Assembly: GCF_001457595.1 (NCBI RefSeq)
Contig: NZ_LN831039.1
Coordinates: forward strand, 6,630,001-6,662,000
DNA from: Mycolicibacterium smegmatis
GTDB taxonomy: Bacteria > Actinomycetota > Actinomycetes > Mycobacteriales > Mycobacteriaceae
Length of the DNA stretch: 32,000 bases
Direction: 5' to 3'
The first letter of the stretch is position 1. Each line of letters begins with the position of its first letter. Under the pieces are notes generated by a model that worked only from the letters and a program-made list of their open reading frames with translations, was not told the DNA's origin and did no database searches. Below are positions 27,459 to 32,000 of this stretch, in pieces. The position numbers and the translations under genes are program-made.

Positions 27459-27729
27459 CGGCGCGCCTTAGCTGACCTTGATTGCAGATAACAATTCGAT
27501 CACCACGCAGATCACGATCATTTAAGAGCGTCGGACCGACTCTGAGAATCGTCTCGCTGACAGCGGAATTTCCGCGCGAATTGAGGCGTAATTCACGCGC
27601 AATGGGTGTAACGCTCCCGCAAAGGTCACCGGCTGCCGATGCAGCGACGTTTTGCTCGCGGCAAACATGGCTACTTTTGATTCGGGCGGGGAAAACAGCC
27701 ATCGACATCGCGATTCGCGACACGAAGGA

Positions 27730-28134
27730 ATGATCATGAAATTCACTGGAATCACCACACGCCGCGGACTCGCCGGCATCTGCGCTTCCGGTCTGCTCGG
27801 GGGCATGGCCGCGGCGGTCATCGCGGCGCCGACCGCATCGGCCGCGCCGGACTGCAGCGCGAGCGGCGTGGCCAACACGGTCAGCATGGCAACCGGTGCG
27901 GCCAAGTCGTACCTCGACACCCACCCGGGTGCCAACCAGGCTGTCAGCACGGCGCTGACCCAACCGCGTGACCAGGCCGCTGCGACGTTGCGCGGTTACT
28001 TCACATCCAACCCGCAGGAGTACTACGACCTGCGCGGCATCCTGTCGCCGATCGGTGACACGCAGCGCACGTGCAACGTCACGGCGCTGTCACCCGAACT
28101 GTCGGCCGCGTACAACGAGTTCATGGCCGGCTGA
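27730..28134 (+). CDS. Secreted hemophore-like / heme-binding family protein (Rv0203-like)
   Basis: Signal peptide RRGLAGICASGLLGGMAAAVIAAPTASAAPDCSASG; LDTHPGANQAVSTALTQP and LRGYFTSNPQEYYDLRGILSPI, characteristic of mycobacterial hemophore-related proteins. Start 27730 or 27736. Confidence 0.82.
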   Translation: MIMKFTGITTRRGLAGICASGLLGGMAAAVIAAPTASAAPDCSASGVANTVSMATGAAKSYLDTHPGANQAVSTALTQPRDQAAATLRGYFTSNPQEYYDLRGILSPIGDTQRTCNVTALSPELSAAYNEFMAG

Positions 28135-28152
28135 TCTCGCCGGCTGATCTCG
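28127..28152. repeat. Perfect 13-bp tandem duplication CCGGCTGATCTCG x2 spanning the hemophore-like stop codon
   Basis: Direct reading of 28127-28139 and 28140-28152. Confidence 0.9.
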
Positions 28153-28173
28153 CCGACGATCCCCGCAGAGGAA

Positions 28174-28201
28174 CTGCCCGCCGCCCCCGGGCGGCGGGCA
28201 G
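28174..28201 (+). terminator. Strong GC hairpin, U-less terminator candidate
   Basis: CTGCCCGCCGCCC-CC-GGGCGGCGGGCAG, perfect 13-bp arms, 39 bp after the hemophore-like stop. Confidence 0.65.
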
Positions 28202-28206
28202 GCCTG

Positions 28207-28223
28207 ACTTTGTGAACACAAGT
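28207..28223. promoter_or_regulatory. Inverted repeat TTGTG-AA-CACAA within ACTTTGTGAACACAAGT, candidate HxlR operator
   Basis: Perfect 5-bp arms with offset ACTT/AAGT flanks, 24 bp upstream of the HxlR gene start. Confidence 0.45.
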
Positions 28224-28246
28224 GAGATCCGCCATATCCTGGTCGG

Positions 28247-28696
28247 ATGGGACGCAAGAACGTCGAGGGTTTCGACTGCTCCGTCGCGCGTAGCCTCGCT
28301 GTCCTCGGTGAGCGCTGGACCATCCTGATCCTCCGCGAGGCCCTGCTGGGAACACGGCGGTTCGCCGATTTCCAATCCCGGCTCGGGATCGGGGCCGACA
28401 TGCTCAGCGACCGACTCTCGACGCTCGTGGAGTACGGCGTGATGACCAAACAGCCTTATCGGGAGCCTGGCCAGCGTCCGCGTGCGGAGTATCTCCTGAC
28501 GCCCGCAGGGCGGGAGTTGCACGTGCTGGTGGCCGCGCTGCAGCAGTGGGGCGACCGGCACCTGCCCCGTCCCGCCGGTCCGACGATGACACGCAAGGCC
28601 AGGCGCACCGACCGTCCGGTGCGGGTCGCGTTCATCGACGATCTGGGTGACGAGGTCCCCATCAACGACGTTGTCAGCATCCCGACCGGTAATTGA
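28247..28696 (+). CDS. HxlR-family winged-helix regulator
   Basis: CSVARSLAVLGERWTILILREALLGTRRFADFQSRLGIGADMLSDRLSTLVEYGVMTK..YLLTPAGREL. Confidence 0.92.
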   Translation: MGRKNVEGFDCSVARSLAVLGERWTILILREALLGTRRFADFQSRLGIGADMLSDRLSTLVEYGVMTKQPYREPGQRPRAEYLLTPAGRELHVLVAALQQWGDRHLPRPAGPTMTRKARRTDRPVRVAFIDDLGDEVPINDVVSIPTGN

Positions 28697-28778
28697 GGGA
28701 ACAATTGCTGGATCATCCGTAGTTCTGGGTCCATATAACCAAGTCAGCCTGTTCGCAGGCCATACCGAGGAGTCAGCC

Positions 28779-29447
28779 GTGAAGATCCAGGGATCCGTAG
28801 CCTTCGTCACCGGAGCCAATCGCGGCTTGGGCCGCCAGTTCGCCGAACAACTGCTCGCCCGCGGGGCCAAGGTCTACGCGGGGGCGCGCAACCCCGAGAC
28901 CGTCACCCTCGACGGCGTGATCCCGGTACGGATCGACATCACCGACCCGGCGTCGGTGCAGGCCGCCGCCGAGCTGGCGGCCGATACCACCATTCTTGTC
29001 AACAACGCGGGCACCACCAGCTACAACGGACTGCTCGACGGCCCGATGGACGACATCCGCGCCCAGATGGAATCCCACTTCTTCGGCACCTTGAACGTCA
29101 CGCGGGCATTTGTCCCGCATCTCGTGGCCAACGCCCCCGGCGCGATCCTGAACATCGCGTCGATCCTGTCGTGGAAGCACATCCCCGGTATCGGGGCATA
29201 CGCGGCGGCCAAGGCCGCGCTGTGGGCCCAAACCGATGCTGTCCGTGAGGAATTAGCGCCCAAAGGTGTCGCGGTGACCGGTCTCTACGTGGGGTTCATG
29301 GATACCGACATGGCGGCCGGTGTCGATGCGGAGAAGTCCGACCCCGCGCACATCGCCGCGGCCGCCCTCGACGGCGTGGAGGCCGGCGTGGCCGAGGTCC
29401 TCGGCGACGAGCAGACCCGCGCGGTGAAGGCGAGCCTTTCCGCCTGA
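28779..29447 (+). CDS. Short-chain dehydrogenase/reductase
   Basis: VKIQGSVAFVTGANRGLGRQFAEQLLARGAKVYAGARNP, NNAG, YAAAKAAL. GTG start preceded by GAGGAG. Confidence 0.9.
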   Translation: MKIQGSVAFVTGANRGLGRQFAEQLLARGAKVYAGARNPETVTLDGVIPVRIDITDPASVQAAAELAADTTILVNNAGTTSYNGLLDGPMDDIRAQMESHFFGTLNVTRAFVPHLVANAPGAILNIASILSWKHIPGIGAYAAAKAALWAQTDAVREELAPKGVAVTGLYVGFMDTDMAAGVDAEKSDPAHIAAAALDGVEAGVAEVLGDEQTRAVKASLSA

Positions 29448-29517
29448 GACCGCATCGCGGAACCGAATCGCCTTGATAACGGGGGGGTTACGCCAGGCGT
29501 GGCCCCGGGTTGGCCGC

Positions 29518-31889
<2,372 letters not shown>

Positions 31890-31912
31890 GGGGCGTTATT
31901 TATGGTGGCCTG

Positions 31913-32000
31913 ATGAGCAGCGTCGCTGAAGCGGACCTGGTGGCCGAGCGGGCCCGCCAGGTCGTCTCCGAGCATGACCCGAAAAGCGTTCCGATACCGC
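31913..32000 (+). CDS. Partial CDS running off the right edge (MSSVAEADLVAERARQVVSEHDPKSVPIP...), possibly acyl-CoA dehydrogenase N-terminus
   Basis: Open frame from ATG 31913 to the edge. The family call rests on a short N-terminal resemblance only. Confidence 0.4.
   Translation, partial: MSSVAEADLVAERARQVVSEHDPKSVPIP

Noticed and set aside
28747-28760. Short hairpin GCCTG-TTCG-CAGGC upstream of the SDR gene as a riboregulator
   Set aside because: Only a 5-bp stem; expected by chance in GC-rich sequence and with no further supporting structure.

Overview
The window is ordinary-looking, GC-rich mycobacterial chromosome. Gene order and protein content resemble the Mycolicibacterium smegmatis irtAB region; that species call is inferred from recognised families, not from a search. 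The best-supported block is a TetR regulator - irtA - irtB operon, the carboxymycobactin-iron ABC importer with the SIP-type reductase domain on IrtA. Other contents:
- several TetR/HxlR regulators, and a lipid/acyl-CoA cluster (SDR, DUF35/thiolase pair, two-domain acyl-CoA dehydrogenase, epimerase)
- a Tat-exported DyP peroxidase / PCuAC lipoprotein / PepSY membrane protein cluster
- a 13E12-type DUF222-HNH gene with a perfect LexA/SOS box
- a nitrobindin-like protein with a serine beta-lactamase-family hydrolase
- an acyl-CoA carboxylase, a hemophore-like protein and an antigen-85-like mycolyltransferase with a long Ala/Pro/Val tail
- two apparent one-base frameshifts (a LuxR regulator and a small DUF4383-like membrane protein)
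I found no CRISPR array, tRNA/rRNA, transposase or phage module, and no convincing new multi-gene defence or mobile system. The items most worth follow-up are perfect inverted repeats at regulator promoters, an internally duplicated Cys-bounded membrane protein, a GyrA-like/GNAT fusion, and 23-bp tandem repeats upstream of the nitrobindin-like gene.
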